Shown here piece by piece: positions 61,830-64,000 of a stretch of DNA of 64,000 bases. A program made the position numbers and the translations under genes. This DNA is from Thermoanaerobaculia bacterium. Its GTDB lineage: Bacteria; Acidobacteriota; Thermoanaerobaculia; Multivoradales; UBA5704. The notes below the pieces were generated by a model. It made no database searches, was not told where the DNA came from, and saw only the letters and a program-made list of their open reading frames with translations. Within the stretch, counting starts at the first letter, position 1. Each line of letters opens with the position of its first letter. Location: the NCBI GenBank assembly GCA_035556715.1, contig DATMER010000055.1:554-64553 (forward strand), written 5' to 3'.

Positions 61830-62471
61830 TCAGAGCCCGGCCAGCAGCGACCGCACCTGCTCCAGCTCGTCCTCGCTGACGGTGTGCGGCATGCCCGGGT
61901 AGATCTTCTCGGTGACCGTGGCGCCCCTCCCTGTGAGGACCTCGGTCGTCTCCTTCACCCGCGCCAGGGGGATGTGCGGGTCCCGGTCGCTGCAGCCCAG
62001 GAAGACCGGCGTGCCGTCGAAGGAGCCCGGATAGTCGCGGGGTGTCCCCGGCGGACCGATGAGCCCGCCGGAGAGCCCCACCAGGCCGCCGTATCGACGC
62101 GCGTTCCGCGCGGCGTACTCCATGCTGAGGCAGGCTCCCTGGGAGAAGCCGAGCAGGACCGTGCGCTCCGGCGGGATGCCCTCCGCCTCCAGCCGGGCGA
62201 CCAGATGCCCGATCAGCGCCAGCCCGGAGGACAACCCCGGCTCGTTCTTCTCCATGGGAGCCATGAAGCTGTACGGGTACCAGGTGTGCCCCGTGGCCTG
62301 GGGTGCGAGGTACGCCAGGTCGGGCCGGCCCAGCTCGCGCCCCAGGCTCAGGATGTCCTCGGCCGTGGCGCCACGGCCATGGACCAGGATCATGGCCGCC
62401 TTCGCCTGCCCGAGAGGACGGCCGGCGGCCAGGACCCGCTCGCCCAGGTGAGGAGGGTGGAGAGCGCTCAC
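61830..62471 (-). CDS. Phospholipase/carboxylesterase family alpha/beta hydrolase (MhqD-like)
   Basis: 213-aa ORF with the nucleophile elbow LLGFSQGACLS. It overlaps the upstream dioxygenase gene by 4 nt. Confidence 0.88.
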   Translation of the reverse strand: MSALHPPHLGERVLAAGRPLGQAKAAMILVHGRGATAEDILSLGRELGRPDLAYLAPQATGHTWYPYSFMAPMEKNEPGLSSGLALIGHLVARLEAEGIPPERTVLLGFSQGACLSMEYAARNARRYGGLVGLSGGLIGPPGTPRDYPGSFDGTPVFLGCSDRDPHIPLARVKETTEVLTGRGATVTEKIYPGMPHTVSEDELEQVRSLLAGL

Positions 62472-63421
62472 ACCGCCACCTCCTTCCGGAGCTCGATCCT
62501 AGGCAGGATGCCTTCGATCTTCTTCCGATCAAGCTCCAGCCAGGGCGGCAGCTTCAGGTCGGTGCCCAGGGCCTCCACCGGCTCGTCCGCGGTGAAGCCC
62601 GGCGGGTCCGTGGCGATCTCGAAGAGCACGCCGCCCGGCTCCCGAAAGTAGACCGAGTGGAAGTACTGCCGGTCCAGGATCGGGCTCACGTGGAAGCCCC
62701 GGCCGACCAGCTCCTCGTGCCAGGCGCGCTGGTTGGTGTCATCGGGCGTCCTCCAGGCCACATGGTGAACCGTTCCGGCCGCGACGTGCCCCCGCGGCGC
62801 GCTCGGGCTGCCCAGGACATCCACCCGCGTGCCGGCTCCGGCGTCGAAGCGGAAGCGGTCGCCGAGCTGGCCCGCGGGGCGGAACCCCAGAAGGCCGGTG
62901 AGCACCTCGGAGGTCACCTCCGGGTTCCACTCGGTCAGGGTGACCCCCGAGAAGCCGCGGACGGCATGCTCCACCGGAACCGGACCGCCCTCCCAGGGTT
63001 TCCGGTCATCTCCGCGGGCGACCAGCTCCAGCAGCAGGCCGTCCGGATCCCGGAGCGTCAGGACCTCCTCATCGAAGCGCTCGTCGAAGCGCGGACGCGG
63101 GGCTTCGTGGTCGATCCCGAGCCGATCCAGCCGCTCGATCCACCAGCCGAGGGAGCCCTCCGGCACCGAGAACGAGGTCACCGTGGCCTGACCGGCGCCG
63201 TGGCTCCCCAGGCGCGCCATGGGCCAGGGGAAGAAGGTCAGGATCGTGCCCGGATGCCCCTCCTCGTCCCCGTAGTAGAAGTGGTAGGTCCCCGGATCGT
63301 CGAAGTTCACGGTCTTCTTGACCAGCCGAAGCCCCAGGACCCCGGTGTAGAAGTCGACGTTGACCTGCGGATCCCGCGCGATCGCGGTGACGTGATGGAT
63401 GCCCCCGATCTGTCTGTCCAT
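62468..63421 (-). CDS. VOC-family ring-cleaving dioxygenase (MhqE/MhqO-like)
   Basis: AAGGAG lies upstream of the ATG at 63421 (MDRQIGGIHHVTAIARDPQVNVDFYTGVLGLRLVKKTVNFDDPGTYHFYYGD). It has two VOC modules. The 5' extension of the 390-aa ORF runs into repeat array C and was rejected. Confidence 0.88.
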   Translation of the reverse strand: MDRQIGGIHHVTAIARDPQVNVDFYTGVLGLRLVKKTVNFDDPGTYHFYYGDEEGHPGTILTFFPWPMARLGSHGAGQATVTSFSVPEGSLGWWIERLDRLGIDHEAPRPRFDERFDEEVLTLRDPDGLLLELVARGDDRKPWEGGPVPVEHAVRGFSGVTLTEWNPEVTSEVLTGLLGFRPAGQLGDRFRFDAGAGTRVDVLGSPSAPRGHVAAGTVHHVAWRTPDDTNQRAWHEELVGRGFHVSPILDRQYFHSVYFREPGGVLFEIATDPPGFTADEPVEALGTDLKLPPWLELDRKKIEGILPRIELRKEVAV

Positions 63422-63441
63422 GTCCCCAGCTCCTTTCACCC

Positions 63442-63476
63442 GTTCCAACAGGAATGTATTCCATCGGAACCGTTCC
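63442..63476. promoter_or_regulatory. Cluster of GGAA(C/T)/(A/G)TTCC half-sites upstream of the dioxygenase gene
   Basis: GTTCC-N4-GGAAT-N2-ATTCC-N3-GGAAC-N1-GTTCC lies 21-55 nt upstream of the ATG at 63421 (minus strand). It is a possible operator. Pattern only. Confidence 0.3.
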
Positions 63477-63491
63477 TCGCCCCATCCCCTC

Positions 63492-63785
63492 GCATGTACA
63501 TCCGAGCAGCTTGTCTGTACATACCCTCGACTTGGGAGCATCCCCGAGTCGCTCGGGTATACAGTTGAGCCGCTCCTCTGTACACCCCAGTCGCTCGGGT
63601 GCATTCCCGAGTCGCTGCGATGTATATGCGAGGCTATCAACTGTACAGTTGAGGCTCTCGGATATACAGCCGAGCCGCTCGGTTGTACAGCCGAGTCGCT
63701 CGGCTCCGCATCCGAGACCCTCGGATGTACAGACCAGTCGCTTGGCTGTACATCCGAGTCGCTCGGGTCTCTAGCCCGAGTGATA
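63492..63785. repeat. Array C: 14 degenerate tandem units of 21 bp (GGnTGTACAnCCGAGTCGCTC)
   Basis: The array has a strict 21-bp register. Seven units carry a perfect TGTACA and two carry TATACA. CCGAG-TCG-CTCGG palindromes bridge unit junctions. The array fills the divergent intergenic region between the dioxygenase gene (start 63421, -) and the fadE-like gene (start 63797, +). Confidence 0.9.
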
Positions 63786-63796
63786 ATCTCTCTCCG

Positions 63797-64000
63797 ATGA
63801 CCTCCTGGCTCCTCAGGTTTGCCAAGGGCAAGATCCCGCGGATCTCCGAGACCGAGCGCCAGGCGCTCGAGGCGGGGACCGTCTGGGTGGACGGCGAGCT
63901 CTTCTCCGGCCGGCCCGACCTCGGACGCATGCTGCGGGAGCCCTACCCCACCCTCACCGGGCGCGAGCAGGCCTTCCTCGACGGCCCGGTCGAAACGGTC
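63797..64000 (+). CDS. fadE: FadE-type acyl-CoA dehydrogenase (5' partial, runs off window)
   Basis: ISETERQALEAGTVWVDGELFSGRPD...LTGREQAFLDGPVE parallels the E. coli FadE segment [23 protein letters not shown]...LTAEEQAFLDGPVEE, recalled from memory. Confidence 0.8.
   Translation, partial: MTSWLLRFAKGKIPRISETERQALEAGTVWVDGELFSGRPDLGRMLREPYPTLTGREQAFLDGPVETV

Noticed and set aside
59517-62651. 1044-aa ORF on the plus strand
   Set aside because: It spans the CHAT gene 5' end (antisense), an alternative frame of the amidohydrolase gene, the palindromic element and the esterase gene (antisense). The translation is dominated by R/G/P runs. It is not a gene.
36881-63785. Could arrays A, B or C be CRISPR arrays?
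   Set aside because: The units are directly abutting degenerate repeats of about 21 bp with no unique spacers. The repeats are not conserved in sequence from unit to unit, and no cas genes are in the window.
63399-63800. 133-aa and 106-aa ORFs translating array C as ESLGCT-type heptads, and the 390-aa extension of the dioxygenase ORF to 63640
   Set aside because: The same artefact of a 21-bp repeat. The dioxygenase has a good AAGGAG plus ATG at 63421, and its conserved N-terminus starts there.
1-64000. Search for rRNA, tRNA, tmRNA or other structured RNA genes in intergenic regions
   Set aside because: I saw no tRNA-like T-arm (GGTTCGAATCC-type) or cloverleaf candidates and no rRNA-like stretches by eye. 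Without covariance-model tools I cannot exclude small ncRNAs or riboswitches.

Overview
High-GC, gene-dense bacterial chromosomal window with about 50 supported CDS. GC was judged by eye, not computed. I found no rRNA, tRNA or CRISPR array. The gene content points to Acidobacteriota or a close relative (inference): a PadR plus ADOP-type duplicated FtsX permease pair, Acidobacterial-type vWA proteins, an ELWxxDGT-repeat protein, a TPR-CHAT protein and DUF2911. Ordinary content includes two ABC-2 exporters, an ECF sigma/anti-sigma pair, nth, hydrolases, a FIST-histidine kinase pair, a VapC-type toxin-antitoxin pair, an mhqED-like dioxygenase/esterase pair and a partial fadE. The items most worth follow-up are these. 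(1) A co-directional four-gene cluster at 40008-48809. It encodes a 3-TM protein with a CoxE-type vWA domain that has lost its MIDAS motif, a secreted PQQ-like beta-propeller/PEGA protein, a caspase-like (CHAT-type His/Cys) protein fused to what looks like an inactivated P-loop NTPase, and a MoxR AAA+ ATPase. This is my best candidate for a novel, trans-envelope, NTP-dependent conflict system. (2) A tightly coupled pair at 12664-15825: a cytoplasmic S8 peptidase and a ComEC-type MBL hydrolase. It lies at the head of a visibly lower-GC island that also carries an orphan SMI1/KNR4 immunity-like gene. (3) Three unrelated arrays of degenerate repeats with a period of about 21 bp, each built from short palindromes. 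One sits inside a 641-bp TIR element that has inserted, with an 8-bp target duplication, into a vWA gene that now also carries two frameshifts. (4) A small ThiS/MoaD-like protein ending in Gly-Gly, just upstream of that vWA gene. (5) A DUF4157 toxin-like protein with a possible His/Cys C-terminal domain. (6) A 163-bp element with perfect 36-bp inverted arms. All domain calls come from motif recognition by eye. Start codons are best guesses and no database search was run.
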